Position numbers and translations under genes: made by a program
Assembly: GCA_000320545.1 (NCBI GenBank)
Contig: ADNK01001699.1
Span: 62,001 to 126,000, forward strand
Reading direction: 5' to 3'
Length of the DNA stretch: 64,000 nucleotides
Origin: Bigelowiella natans CCMP2755
Lineage: Eukaryota > Protista > Cercozoa
The notes under the pieces: model-generated
What the model was told of the DNA's origin: nothing
Seen by the model: the letters and a program-made list of their open reading frames with translations, nothing else
Databases searched by the model: none
In this document: one piece after another, positions 1 to 15,745 of the stretch
How the letters are laid out: each line of letters starts with the position of its first letter
Position numbering within the stretch: position 1 is the stretch's first letter

Positions 1-225
1 CTAATGTTAATTAGGTGTTTGTGTTAATGGAAATCTTAGTTACGTGATTGCAAAAGAAGGAGGCGGAGGTTGAATCAAGGGTGGGTGGGTAGAGGAGGTG
101 AAGAGAGAAGAAGAAGAAGAAGAAGAAGAAGAAGAAGAAGCAGAAAGCAGTCCTCATACATACATACATACATACATAGACGACAACATCGCTCCTCCTT
201 TTCCCTTTCCTCATCATTATCGTTG

Positions 226-257
<32 letters not shown>

Positions 258-556
258 TGTTGTTCCGTCATCTTCTCTTTGATTTCCTTCTATGAATAGC
301 AATGATAATTAGTTTATTGCTACCTTACTTCTTTTGTTTTCTCCCTATCAAATAATATCATAATCCCCCCCCTTGAATAATACTTATACGGATTTACAAC
401 ATGTTGGTCCATCCATCTTCTTCTCCTTCTTCTCCTTCCTCTACATGTTGGTCCATCCATCTTCTTCTCCTTCTTCTCCTTCCTTCCTCTACCTCCAAAT
501 CATCAACAGGCTGCCGCAAAATTATACTCTCCCTCTCCGCAGCAATACGTTATAGG

Positions 557-839
557 AAACGTCTCAACCTAACATTCTCCAAAGAGCGGCAATTCAAAGG
601 TAGTAGCTTCTAGTAGATCACGAGTAGTAATTGGTGGCAGTAGTAAGTACGTGCTACTAGTAGGTGCTAGTGTTAAGAATAAGCTTATTGTAGAAGTGTA
701 GTAATTGGTAGTAGTAGTAGTAGTACACATTTGTGGAAAGAGTGGTGAGAGTAGTGCCGGTAATGATGATTATGATGAGGATAATTAATTATGCATGGAA
801 AGTATTACAACAAATACTGATCAAGATGTAACACACCCA

Positions 840-897
<58 letters not shown>

Positions 898-1505
898 CTG
901 AGAATTGGTGTGTGTGTGTGTGTGTGTGTGTAATCAATGATAATACGCATACAATAATCATTTGTTCTTTTTCGTCGTTTTGATTTCAATTATTATCATT
1001 ATTATTCAGGATCATTTCTTCAAAATCTATCATACATCCCACCATTTCCGCACACAGCTCTTGTAAAGGATTTGATGATGAGGAAGAACACAAAAGGGGG
1101 GGGGGGTGATCTCTCGTCTGTATTATTTCGAGTACATCTTGATGACTATGTCACTGAGGACGATGGTACTGGGATTGTACATCTTAATCCGGTATTATGA
1201 ATTAATTAAGAATACATGTTAGATATTGATGCTGATAATAATGATGAGGAGGATGATGATGGTGGTGTTGATGACAAACAGAAAAACAGAAAGGGAGAGA
1301 GAAGGGGGGGGGGGGGGATTTCAAAAGCAATGTACCAAGTGATATTTTTAAAAAAACCGCCCCCAAAGAGAGAAAGAGAAAAAGAGAAAAAGGGGGGAAG
1401 AGAAAGAGAGAGAGAGGGTGGGGGGAGAGAGAGTAATATAGCTCTATCATAATACACAAAACATGAATGCACATACTGCAGCAAGTTCTTTCAATAGTTA
1501 TATCA

Positions 1506-1537
<32 letters not shown>

Positions 1538-2125
1538 GAATAGGCACATGGAGAAGATGATCATCGTGTGATGAAGCGAGATGGAGGGTGGTGGGGAGAT
1601 ATTATTAACCCTGCCAAAGGTACTCGATACATACATAATAAACACATAACTTACTAACGTAATAATAGTGCTACTGGTACTAATACAACTAATAACAATA
1701 CCACGAGAAATGTTTTAGTAGTATATATTGGTACTGATGATTACTACATAATATACATTATATGAGTACCTAGTTTGGTAATAATGATGACGATAATAAT
1801 AAATGATGAAGAGAGAAATAAATTCATAGTAAGACGTATATCATTATCATATCACCTTATTATGTGTACTTATACTTTATTTGTACTTGTAGGAGAAGAT
1901 TATCCTCCTCCTCCTTGTCCATTAGACAGCAAAGGACGTTTCACCTCGAAAGTTGGATCCTTGTTGCAGGTAAGTGAAGAAGAGTGAGAAGAAGAAGAAG
2001 AAGAAGATGATGATGACGATGACGACGATGATGATGATGATGATAAATTTTCAATTTGCAGCTTTCTTTTTTTTTGCCTTCTTTTTCTTTCTTCTCCGTC
2101 AATTTAATGAATAACATAGCAAGTG

Positions 2126-2171
<46 letters not shown>

Positions 2172-2181
2172 AAAGAGAGAA

Positions 2182-2223
<42 letters not shown>

Positions 2224-2424
2224 ATTCAAACGACTCGTTTGTCGTCGTCGTCGTCGTCGTCATAGGGTTTATACATAAAGGATGCAGATAAAGTGATTAT
2301 GAAGGATCTCAAGGTAGTAAGTAGTAGTAGTAGTAGTAGTAGTAGTCTAATGACCATTCCTAGAAGAATAGCAACGACAACGGCAACATGTTCGTATTCA
2401 TTCAACATATTTTACTTCTTCCTT

Positions 2425-2459
<35 letters not shown>

Positions 2460-2595
2460 ATCGTATATGCATCATCAATCACATGTAGTTATTGTAATAT
2501 GTTAATAGGCTCGTGGATTGTTGATATCCAAGGAAATAATCACGCATAAATACCCGATGTGTCCTCGGTCTGATACTCCGCTCATATACAGGTGT

Positions 2596-2629
<34 letters not shown>

Positions 2630-2632
2630 ACG

Positions 2633-2664
<32 letters not shown>

Positions 2665-3439
2665 CACTACTACAAGAACAACAACAACAACACTTTGTAG
2701 TAATCGCTTACTAGTTTTCTTCCTCCTCCATTATGTTTATAGACAACATGAATTGATGATAAATGTGCTGCTGCTGCTGCTGCTTATTGACCATACATGT
2801 GTGCAGTCATAAGATGAATACAGTCATACATGTACATACATGTATATACATACATACATACATACATACATGCACTATCGACGAGTGCTTGTTGTTGGGG
2901 TACGTGTATTATGCGATCTGAATAATAATAATAATAATAATAACTATTATTATTATTGTACGACAACTACGACGACGACGTGATCAGATCTATTGGAACA
3001 TGGTTTCTTCGGGTTGAATCTCTTCGGTATTGTTATAGTACTTTATACTTATTTAGTATGCATAATAGGTCTTGTTGTCTGTTATTGTTAATGTTACTTC
3101 TATTACTACTGCTACTACTACTACTACTACGTATCTTCCTTCCAAATACGACGATGATGATGAGGATGTTGAAGGGATATTAAAGATCAATACGGCATAA
3201 TATACAACGCACAATGGGAACCATCATCATCATATTCATCATCACCATCCTGAGCAGTAGAGTAGCGTGTCTGTTTTTCTAGCCTAAATAGCCTAGAGAA
3301 AACAAAACGAAATATTCATATTACTTGATAATCATATGAGTAGTAATTATTGATTATGACTATCTATCCAGGAATCGTATGGTCGAAGTGAATCAAGGTG
3401 GTCACTTTTCTTAATTCTTGCATTATAATTCATTCACAA

Positions 3440-3481
<42 letters not shown>

Positions 3482-4083
3482 TTTGTTGGTGCTGTTGTTA
3501 TTGCCTCTTCTTCTCGACACTCCTCAACGCTAGATTATATACAACTTATAATACATTTGATAGTAGTGTGCTCTCCTCTCCTTCCCCTTCCAACTTAGTG
3601 TTATCTTCGCTCTATTCCCTTGATAGCTGAGTCTTTATTTATTTCTTAGTCGTTCCTATAAAATCACAGCTACATACAGATACTGCTACTAGTGCTACTG
3701 CCACCCATTTACTCACTCCTCCTCCTTCCTACAAAACTTACAAAATATGATGATTAGATATCCGTTGGATACCTTCCCATCTAAAGAAGGGCAGATTTGG
3801 ACATTGGATAGAGGTAGTAGTAGAAGAAGCAGAAGAAGAAGAAGAAGAAGAAGTAGTAATAGTAACAATGTACAGTTAGTAGAAAAATAGTTGTTGTAAT
3901 AGTCATAATGTGTGATTTGGACATTGGATACAGGTAGAGTATTAGTAGTAATCGGTGTAGAAGAAGAAGAAAAAGAAGAAGAAGAAAAAGAGGATTAGTT
4001 TCTCCTACTTCTTTCCTCCTCCTCCTCCTACTACCAACTACTACTACAACTAATACTACAACTACTATAAGTACTACTCTTAT

Positions 4084-4125
<42 letters not shown>

Positions 4126-4249
4126 CTAAGGGGGCTCGTGATTGGGCTATCTCTCGAAACCGCATATGGGGTACACCTATTCCTCTTTGGATCAACAACA
4201 TAACTGTGAGTAGTGAGTCAGATTAGATTATCATCATCATCATCATATG

Positions 4250-4282
<33 letters not shown>

Positions 4283-4713
4283 AACTACCACTACCCAATA
4301 AATGAGATGCATGATGATTTGTGCTTGCTGCCCCCTTCCCTCCAAACCCACACACACACATATGTACAAAATATGTAATATATACTATTTATATATCTTC
4401 TGCGAGATGTAATTCAATATCAGGTAGAAACACTGTACTGCTATCAATCATAAATAAATACTCTCCTTTAGATGATACACACAACTAGACTATTACAACA
4501 TGCAATATATGACTGCCTCACTCAATACCTACTGCTTCCTTACCCTACCCTATCCTACCTACAACAACAACAACAACAACAACAACAAGGGGAGAGTAAT
4601 CTGCATTGGTTCCAGAGAAGAACTCATTAAACATGCTGGTGCTGGTAATGCTGGTGCTGGTGCTGCTGGATATAAAGAAAGAGAGGAAGGTGGAGGAAAC
4701 ATCAAGAACCGGG

Positions 4714-4749
<36 letters not shown>

Positions 4750-5993
4750 AAACTAACAACATTTGTTAAAGAGAAGCATCATCGATGCCGTTGGTTGTTA
4801 ATACTATTACTATTCGTAGTGGTGATTTAAATAGATTATGCAACTGCTAATTACTTGTCACTGTATGTATCAATTTACCTTTAGTAGTAGTAGTAGTAGT
4901 AGCAGCAGCAGCAGCAGTATACAATTATATCTCTATATTTATATCTACATTTATCACCATTATCAACTTTAAATAATAATGTGTTTGTGTGCGTGCGTGT
5001 GTGTTTGTACACATGTGTGCATGATGGCTATAACATGATGGATAGATACCTCCTCCTCAAACAGGTGGTGCTGCAGGATCTTCATCGTGATACCGTTGAT
5101 AATATCAGTTTTTCCATATCCGGTTGGTTGTTTATCTATTCTATTATTTTCTTCCTCATTATCATAAACCAGCTTGCATATATGCATGTGGCACTGTTCT
5201 ATGTTATTATGATATATTGTTATGTATTTAGTTGATTATTTATTATATATACATTGTTGTTGTTTGTAGTTGCGTGTTGTAGTATCATCGTGTAGTAGTA
5301 GTAGTAGGATGTGTTGAGAATGAATATCACATAGTCATGTCTAGTACACTACCAACTCCTCAGGAGAACCTGGATTGTATTCACGTATACCAGAAGTCCT
5401 AGGTGACGACGACGATGATAATGATTATTATTACTATCTTCCGATGCCATAATTGTTTATCTTGTTCTTCTTCTTTTTCTTTATTCTTACTCCTCTATCT
5501 TGTTTTCTAAGTGAGTGAGTAGCGAATGAAGATGGTGGTGCTCTCTCTTCTATCTTGTTATTCTTTCTTGTTGTTGTTGTTCCAGATTGCTGGTTTGAAT
5601 CAGGTTGCATGCCATTCGCACAATTTAATAACAACAATCACAGAACAACAACCCCATTGCAACCAGAAAATCAATCATCATCTTCTCTAGAGGTCATTAT
5701 TATTAATTGAAAAGTAAGGATATTTGGTAGATAGGATTGGTTGATAAATTCGGTGATGATGATGATGGTGGTGGTGATGATGATGATATTAATGATAAGG
5801 AATATAGAGCAATAGATCGGTAGTAGTACTTCTAATGTTATCATCAAACTGGTTTTGTTTCCCAATACGATGATATATACTGATCATCAGGACGGGTATG
5901 GGAGGAACTCTTGTATGAAACAGCATGCTCTTGCTTCAGACGCTCATCTTACTGCTGACTTCATCGCTGAAGGAGTAGATCAAACAAGAGGGT

Positions 5994-6027
<34 letters not shown>

Positions 6028-6625
6028 AAGAAGTAGTGGTAGCAGCAGTAAAGGAGGGAGAGGGGAGGGGAGGGAGACGTGTGCATACATACACGTATGA
6101 GAGTAAGTTATTTCTATATTGTTTAATCGCCATCTTTATAATTTCCATAATTTTGCTTCGATCATCAATCAAACTAGCTCTACGATTCATTGATAATAAG
6201 CATATTCTTCCTGCCCCTCTTTGTTTCTTTTTTTATTTTACTATGTTTGTCCTTTAGCTGGTTCTACACATTACTGGTTCTTTCAGTCGCTCTTTTCAAT
6301 CGAGCACCGTACAAGAATGTCATTGCCAATGGTAGCAGCAGCAGCTGTCTGAATCTATCGTCGTCGTCATAGTCATCATCCTTTATGGGAACAATAAAAT
6401 AATATTAAATACCCACCATTTAAAGGAATCGTCTTAGCTTCTGATGGACGGAAAATGAGCAAACGTTTGAAGAACTATACTCCTCCTGATCTACTGTTAG
6501 ATACACAAGGTAGATACATGCAATTTCATATGTTTACAACAACAACAACAACAACAACAACATCAACAACAATTTGTATGGTTGAGCAGAAAATGTTCAG
6601 GAGGGGTATGTTGGCTAAATATACT

Positions 6626-6662
<37 letters not shown>

Positions 6663-6673
6663 ATGTATAGAGA

Positions 6674-6742
<69 letters not shown>

Positions 6743-7388
6743 AACATCTTGTCTACTATGTCGCGCAGAGAATAGCAGCAGTATATGCCAAACAAATTGC
6801 ATTAGGTGCTGATGCATTGAGGTTGTATCTTCTCAGCTCTGGTCTTCCTAAAGGGGAGGTAGTAGCAAGCAAGATAACTAATAAATATGATTATAATTTT
6901 AGTGGAAATAGATTGTGGTGGTGGTGGTGGTGGTAATAATTATGATGAAATATCATGATATGGATAAATACTATGCTTATGTAGGACGCTGCCTTCAAGG
7001 ATGAAGATTGTAGAGCCGTCGCTCGCCGATGTCTAATTCCATGGTTAAATGCAATGTCATTTCTACAAACTCATGCTAGAATCAATGGCTGGAAGAAAAG
7101 AAAAGAAAAATTGAAGAATCATTGCTATAATGACGGTATGGTTTTCCGTGGATGATGATGAAGAAGCACCGTCAAAGTATTGTCATCTCTTTGACATCTG
7201 GATCGTCTCACGGTGCTATACAATGGTCAGTTAGCCAGAAGAATTAGCAAGGAGTAGTCGTAAGTCCTGTTGTTGTAGTTGTTGTCGTTGGTTTTGTTAA
7301 TTTTCTTTCTATCTATCGTACCAAAAGGCTTCATATTTCTATTTGTTAGTCTCTCAAGGCTAAAGAGGAAAATCATCACCATTTTATA

Positions 7389-7428
<40 letters not shown>

Positions 7429-9019
7429 CATCGCATGATTACCTCAATCGAAATATTCTGATTTTTGATTTGAATAGGTATCAAAGATACGGGAAGCTAT
7501 CAGCAACTACCAACTCACCAACGTAAGATCGATAATCGGTTAAAAAGTAGTCTAGGACTGTAAAGAAAATTAGAATAAATTGAGAAAGTTAATGTGTGCG
7601 CATTTTGGAAGAACTTCTGATAACGATGATCATGACTGGTTTGAAGAACCATTACAATAATAATAGGTTCCAAATTTGATCTTTGGATTCATTGAAGATC
7701 TGACAAATGTTTACATTCGTTTAAATCGTCCAAGATTCAATCCATCCCTCAATCATCATCACCACATAGAAGACATAAAAAGCAATTCCTCTGCAGCGGG
7801 ATTTAGGAACAAGAATGATGTTTTTATCGAATCGTCGTTGCTGTCATCATCTTCCTGTAATGCTGCACACAAGACCCTATTCAAAGTGCTTGGTCTCCTC
7901 TCACGAGCTGCTGCACCATTTGCCCCATTTCTAGCCGACTACACTTACTCACAGTTGCATCAACTTATCAGCATCAACAATATTACTACTACTACTACTA
8001 CGTCAATGCAAAGACAAATACCACTCACTAGATTTCATCAACTTGTTAGTATATCGTCCCCACCTCCTGAGGGGGGGGGGGGGGGTTATTAAACAACCTC
8101 CTTGTAGCGATGAAAGCAGAAATGTTCAAAGGGAAAATCAAGACGATGAGAAGAACAAAGAGGAGCAAAACAAAGGAAGAATCTTAACAAGTCAGCAAAT
8201 TTTAAAGACAACGATTGCATCATCAGCATCTTCTTCTCCTGCTTCTTCATCGTCATTTACCTCTGTCCATTTGGAACCATTTCCTGACGTAGAAGAAAAA
8301 TTTAGGTGTTGATAATAACTGCTTATTTTCAAATTCAAGATATCTAACGCTCATCCAACCACAGACTAAGATGATGCACACACGCATATCAAAAGAGAAT
8401 AATTACTTACACAAACTTGCCAACACTCAACGATGGATGTAGAGACACACAGACTATCTAAATCATTTGTGTAAAACCACTACTACTAATTATTACTAAG
8501 TTCCTACTTTCAACCAATTATTCACCAATGAACAGCGACCCTTCCTTTGTTCGCCAGTCTGATTATAATATGTTGTTATTTCTGGTGCTGATGGTGGTTG
8601 TCATAATGCTAATTGCTCCTGCTGTTAAATAACAGAAATCCCCACGTAGAGGTAATGGTGAGTAAGGTGATTCAAATCTTGAATCTTGGAAGACAATTGC
8701 GAGACAAGGTCTTTGTCGTCATCGTTGTCGTTACTTTCTGTTTTAGCCTCATTATTATCGATAACCTTTAACACTGATGGACAGTCAGTCAGTCAGTCTA
8801 CCTTTTTGTATGGCATAATACGAGCTGTTTAACCTAAGAAATAGTATTTCTCTTTATTTTAGTTGCGTATCAAAGTGAAAACGCCATTGAACGAAATGGT
8901 AGTAACTACTAGCATTAACAACTATAGCAACAACATCATTTACTACTCAATAAACTTGGCTTTCAATATTTATAATTTCCATATTGACATATATTGTGGC
9001 CAGTATCATATTATACAAC

Positions 9020-9061
<42 letters not shown>

Positions 9062-10412
9062 TATTTATATATGTGCATAAATATAAAAAAGAAACATCGA
9101 AATCTAACATTGATCCTGGAACCGTTATTATTGTTACTACCAATAACTTTATTCATATGATCATTAATAACAGATAATTGTTGGCGAGGACGAAAGAATA
9201 AATCATAATTTCAAACCATATGAAGAGGTCATTCTCGTTGCTTCAAAACCGCTGACGTTCGCCTGACGATGATATTGATTGTTTGTTGCCTTCCGTGTGG
9301 GTTGTTCGATTTATGCTGGGTACACAGACCATCATGAGTGAGCTCAATTTGAAGCGAATCCGATACGACAGGCACATCAGAAGATACATATACTACACAG
9401 GTATTGATGAGAAAATTGAGCATGTTTTGATACCCGAAGTTGTTTCTCTTGGATTTTAGTTAATTTTAGCATTTGGTCTCGTGCTTTCATTTGACTTTTT
9501 GTTTGACCCATTTGCGGACAACTCGCAACCTTCCCCCCCCCCCCCTCCCACACACACATAACACACACCAGGAATGCTGCTGTCGATGCAGCGATTTCAT
9601 TTCTGCAACTGTTCTTCTACTTCCTTAGTGAAATTATTGTGCGAAACAAGTGTGTGGGGGACCAATTCTTTTGTGCATGTACATTATGTTCTCAAGCTTG
9701 GAATATAGTATTGATACATTTGTGGATTACTCTCAGCTAAGCCAAACAAAAAGATTCTGCAGAAGAAAATTGGTACTTAAAATCATGGCAATTGCTTATA
9801 TATTCTGTCACGAGTAAAAACACCTGTTCTTTTGTCCTATTTTGATAAATATTACCCATTTATTGCTGGCTAATCTTTTCTGTTTTCAATACTTCCTGAA
9901 AATTTGGCTGCTTTCTGCAAAATCTGTAGTTGATCCATTTTTTGCTACGCCAGCACTTCTGATAAAAACTGCTAGCCTAGATACTGAAACAACGTATTAT
10001 GTTGTTGCATTGAAACAGGGAAGAAGAAATGGAAAGCAGCAGAATTCTTCATCGTTGGCCTTAACTCTGATCGAGTGATGACGCTGAAGAAGCAGGGGTA
10101 CTCCCAAACATGATTCATTTATACATCGATTGGAAATTGCCATTATTCTTATACACGTATCTGTTTCACTTGTAGGTGGTTACATATGAAAGAATTAGAT
10201 GAAACAATAACTTTAAGCGACGTTCATATCTCTACGCACGTCAGAAAGGCGGTTAGTATGCCTCTTTTCATTCAATAACGAAATCGTATTCCTAAATTGA
10301 TTTAACTTCGTTCCGTTGTTTTGTTTTGTTTTAGGAAGATGAGCCTCCGTCTGCATCTGACCCGATGGGACCTGAACTAGGGTAATGATAATAAGTATAA
10401 TTAGTAGATATG

Positions 10413-10473
<61 letters not shown>

Positions 10474-11031
10474 TTTATGGGTATATAGATCATCTTTCGA
10501 GAGAGAGAGAGAGAGAGAGTGGTACTCATATAAGTGTTTTTATGATTTTTACTTTTGTTAGCTATGAGGTTGGGCACGATGGTAACATAACTATATGCCT
10601 CGATAGAAGACTTACACCAAATCTCAGGTAGAAGAAATACGACCATTATAGATCACATTGTTACTATTTCTATGCTTAGTTTTAATTTTAACAAATTGGC
10701 GATGATAACACTGTAAAATGTGCATCATGTCCGTACATTTCAATCAAATGTATACTTAGCAAATTTTCCTCCAATATTATCATCTTATATCATAATAATA
10801 CATCCAAAATTGTATTCACATACCTTTTGCTTCATGACAAAGGCTGTAAAGAATTTTCAAATGGAGATGTTCTATATTAAATAATGCGGATATCTTACTT
10901 CCTTGTGAAATAGACATTGATTTTTTATTTTGAAACGTTGTCCACGATATTGTCACTTATTTAATTAATCAAGGATGGAGGGAGTGCTGCGAGAATTCAC
11001 AAACTCAGTAAATAAAGCGCGTAAAACTATG
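557..11031 (+). CDS. IARS: Isoleucyl-tRNA synthetase (eukaryote-cytosolic/IleRS2 type), multi-exon; 5' end outside the window, 3' end approximate
   Basis: Short GT-AG exons translate in order to IleRS motifs: [17 protein letters not shown] (~1140), HGEDD (~1546), [16 protein letters not shown] (~2545), GRFGHW (~3790), [19 protein letters not shown] (~4134), DLHRD (~5077), CWFESG (~5588), [18 protein letters not shown] (~5953/6260), [12 protein letters not shown] (~6443), ADALRLYL (~6808), APFAPFLAD (~7912), SVHL (~8262), LRIKVKTPL (8863), EGVLRE..N..RK (~10977). The N-terminal HIGH motif is not in the window. Confidence 0.93.
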
Positions 11032-11459
11032 GGTATTACCATATAATAGAAATTTCCCTTAATATAGTATTATTATTGCAAGAAACCCAATATCTATCTA
11101 GTACACGAAATCAGTTAGATTACCCCTCTCCCTCCCCAAAATCCTATCTTGATATAAAAGATTAATTAGAACGATATCGTTACATCTTTATGTTTGATTG
11201 GTCAACAAAAGTAATATGAACAATAGGAATGATGAAGGGTGCCCCTGCAAAGGTTTTTTTCTACTGTGATTCGGACTCGTTATCGCAAAAAGTATTAATA
11301 TAATTTCGTAGTAATCATCAGTAGCGTTTGATGATTACTGTATTTATTTTTCTCTTTGTTGCGAAAAAATAAACCTTCGAAAATAGTTGTAAACCCAAAT
11401 TTGGTGCCTATGTGGTGCTTTTAATTTAGTAAAATAAACCCATGCCCCTGCATCTCTTA

Positions 11460-11513
<54 letters not shown>

Positions 11514-11541
11514 TTTGTATGTTGCGTGCTCGCGCGTACGC

Positions 11542-11577
<36 letters not shown>

Positions 11578-11909
11578 CTATGTGAGTTTTTAATTACCTC
11601 AGCCTGTCTGCTAGGATCACGCACACTTATTTTTGGTTGTAATTTTCATGCTAATTCTTACATAATAATTTAGATACTGGCAAGCATGACCAAGCTTTGT
11701 CATTTGACAGGTACTAGTAAAGGATATATATGACACACAGTAGTAATTTTGGATGATGATGTTGGCGATAGCAATAAATTAGAGTTATGAGCTAATTTTT
11801 CATAGAATTGTTTTGTTCTTTTATAATTTGCCCCATGTATTCTTTGCCTTTTTCTGTCTCAGTTATCAAGCTGATGTATATAACGGGATTTTTTGATGAT
11901 GATAACAGG

Positions 11910-13507
11910 GTGCATCACATTTGTTGAAGACCCTAATCTAGGAAGGCAGAATAGCAGCAACAGCATAAGCCTTGCAGAAACTCAACCCATTGAATACAAA
12001 ATAATGGAGAGTCCCTTACACGATATCAAAACAGAATACGGAAGCATAAGATTCCATGTTATCGATGTAGACACTACAACTAAAGCTCCCACACCTATGA
12101 TACCCCCAATTCAATCATCATCATTTCCCCCGCCACAGTTAAAACTCCAAAATCAATATCGATCGGTTAATTCTGATAGCAAAAAAAACAAAGCGAAGAT
12201 GCTCCCAACCGAAAGAGAACAATACGAAACGCAGCTAAAATCGAAATGCAAGATCGATGATGTAAAAATTGCAAATTGTACTGATGGTTCCAACAATGCC
12301 TTTGGAACTGCTAATACCGGTCTCATGGAAAACGACAATCATTTATTACTTGAGAAAGTAAAGATACTTCTAGATGAGGATGGCTATTTGGTACTAATCA
12401 AATTTTCTGACTATCTATTCTGTTACAAATCCATCTCATCCTGTGCCGAGATTTGATGTAGTGGTTTTCACTTATAATGAATTTGAAGATTATCTTTTAG
12501 ATTTCAAAAACATAATATCTTACCACAGAAAAATGCTTCAATTGTGAATGGTCTGACAAAGGAAGGCGCTGACAGGTGTAGGACTGCAATAAAATGATGA
12601 TACTCACACACTCTAATAAAAAGGAAGAATAGGAGATACCAACCGCATTGTATGATGAGGAATAGAAAATTTAGGGATAAGGATCCCATATATTTGAAGT
12701 AGGAAACTCACCGTATGCGCCACTTATAGCCGCAAGTATCGGAGCTATAATCTGTAATTTTTGTTTTTCAAATCTCCAATTCTACAGGTTGAAACGCCGG
12801 CTTAATATGCTTAGACGCCAGGATGGACCCGCACTCCGCCAAGTCCAGAATCATGTGTAAATAATAATGATCAACACAACTTTTTCTACCTACCAATTAC
12901 CGTATCGGTGTTGTAGGTATACACATCAAGATGCACGAGATAAGAGACTAGCAGCTCAGAACATTGCCAATTCGACCTCTGACAACAAGACTGACGATAA
13001 TACCGGAACAATCAACGATGAGGAATATAAAAGAAAATATCAAGACGTCTTAGAACCTTGGAGAGGTATGATGGTGAAATATGCAGTAATGCTGAGAAAT
13101 TCTTGCCCACACTAGTTTTGATGTTTTTCTCTATACTTGAGAGGTTTGAATCTGATAAAATTTGAAGCTAAGTCTCTTCATCGTGCTGTTTCAGAAGACG
13201 GTTTTGAGCAAGATGAAAGAGAGATTCTAGGGGACGAGATACAGAGATTAACCCCACTTGAACGCTTTCTTCAGAGACAAGACGTCACGTATGTAACTTC
13301 CAATAAAAAATCAAATATTTTTTGGTAAAATAAGTATTATTGGTTAGATATACAGCAGCCCGTCTGGTGGATATGTTGCACCGTTCAAAGTATTTTGAGG
13401 AATATAACCGCCAGTTTGCAACCCCAGAAGGACTCAGAAGGGGTCAATATGGATATTCTGAGGACGAAGATCAAATGAGACTATTTGAGGATACTCCACC
13501 TCAGTGA
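11910..13507 (+). CDS. Spliced hypothetical protein, no recognisable domain; start uncertain
   Basis: Long open exon ~11910-12357 bounded by AG/GT; further exon-like segments near 12501, 12917 and 13143; terminal exon YTAARLVDMLHRSKYFEEYNRQF...EDTPPQ ends at TGA 13505-13507. Confidence 0.55.
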
Positions 13508-14551
13508 AAATAGTTGAATTAATATCATCCTTTCCCAAATTCCTCCTACTGTTTTGTTTCATTATCAAATGATTGAGCGATTGGAATCAGAGTGTCATTG
13601 AACGGCGCAGCGTTTAAATGAATATCGGCACCATTTCAAACGAATAATCTATATGAATATTGCAAATTTATCAATCATTTGACTAAATGTTGTTTCTAAT
13701 CATGCTTTATCGATCAAATGTAGTACCATGTCATCTGTCTTATCTTTTAGATCCTAACACGATATCTCTATGCATACATGCATTGCCCTCTTTTGTCCAT
13801 CAAAAGACACATTCTTTTATAAAAAGCTCAGATTTTTGCTTTTCTCGGTTTCTGACTGAGGATCCTGCTAGTTATTGCTCTGATCTATGCTACGTACATG
13901 ATGAGAATTAAGCTTTGCGGTTTCATATCTGCCGAAATAAATGTGAAAAAAAAGTCTTTCTAATATTCGTCTCTTGATTTTGCTGTAATGGCGATGATAA
14001 AACGACAAGCTGCAGAAAGACCTAGCAAGCAAATTGCATTTACGCGCACATCATACACAGGTGCGACGCTACGCTTCACGCGAGGAGAGGATGACGAAAC
14101 AAATGTACAAACTATTGAAACCGCCTGCTAGCTATAGCGCACATTTATAGAGGCGAATGCTGCGTGCAAACCATGTTAATCGTCGTCCTTAAACGCATGT
14201 AGCATTGATCATGAATGATATTGAATTAGAGAGCCTCGAATAGGTAGTATTACGTTGAAAATAGCCCACTTAGTTCTCATTACGTACCTCTCTTGCGTGT
14301 GCTAGCTAGTTGCTTCATTACAGACAAATTGCAGTTTAATATGTCATCTGATTAAGTAAGCACAGACTATTGCACTGTGCGAGCTAGCGAGCAAAACTAG
14401 TTACAGCATCAAACCGTTTAATGGAACTGCTTGTCAGATATAAATCATATTAGAAACGTCCAACAAATAAACAGCATGCGTGCTAACCATGAATAAACTT
14501 GCTGAGCTATTGTACGTCAAGGTTTTAATTTTTATTGGGATGTTAATCGCA

Positions 14552-15222
14552 TCATTCTCCAAGAACAGAGCGACTGATTATATGCTTCATTATTTCATTT
14601 GTACCCTCCAAGATTTGGTGAACGCGAACATCTCGAAGATATCTTTCTGGAGAATATTCCTTTATGTAACCGTATCCACCATGCCTGAGTGTAGAGAAGA
14701 GAAGAATACCCGATCACTGATAATGCTGTACTTAGTCAGTAGTTTTGTATTATTTGCTCGCTAACAACTAGGACAAAATCGATCGAAATGTAGTACATTT
14801 GTAGAGAATTGTTGCAAATATTGAATCCAACATCTGTCGCAAAACGTTTAGCCATTGCGCAATGCATTGTACGTGCAGGATGTTTCTCATCGTACATCTC
14901 TGCAGCCTGGAATACCTAAGTTTTTAATGCAGCAGCAGCACCAGAAAAACGAGGAGAAAGAAAGAAACATGCATGATCCAAATATGGTAGGTATGATTGT
15001 CTTTTCTGTTCAGGTGGTGTGTTGTCCATTAACATATTTAGAGAAATACTTAACTAAAAGAAAGAATTAGGAATTTGGATTAGTTTATTGGTAGGTGGTG
15101 ACCATCCCATCATATCTCACCAAAAGACGTGCTGCAGTGAGCTCCGTTGCCATGTCAGCAATCTTGAATCTTAGATACTGAAACTGATCTAATGTCCTTC
15201 CGAACTAAAACAAACACACACA

Positions 15223-15276
<54 letters not shown>

Positions 15277-15299
15277 ATTTAAATATATCACACACACAA

Positions 15300-15356
<57 letters not shown>

Positions 15357-15450
15357 GGACATGAGAGGAGGTGTAACATCATGTTCCTAAACAAACACTA
15401 TTATTGCTATCCAACAACAACAACAACAATCACTGCTACAGCTACTACTA

Positions 15451-15482
<32 letters not shown>

Positions 15483-15701
15483 AACGTAAGAATTAGGCAT
15501 AGAACAACCTGCTTTCGAGAGGATATATGATCTGCTGCAAGCTCTAAGCACTCTGCTGCTCCTCCCAATGCAGTCGTTCCGATGTTTATTCTTCCTAATA
15601 ATAATAGCAATTAATGAATGAATGAGAACATCTACTTGATGATGCTTCTCCAGTCATAAGTTAGTTATTAGATGGATGGATACATATCATACGCACACAT
15701 C

Positions 15702-15745
<44 letters not shown>

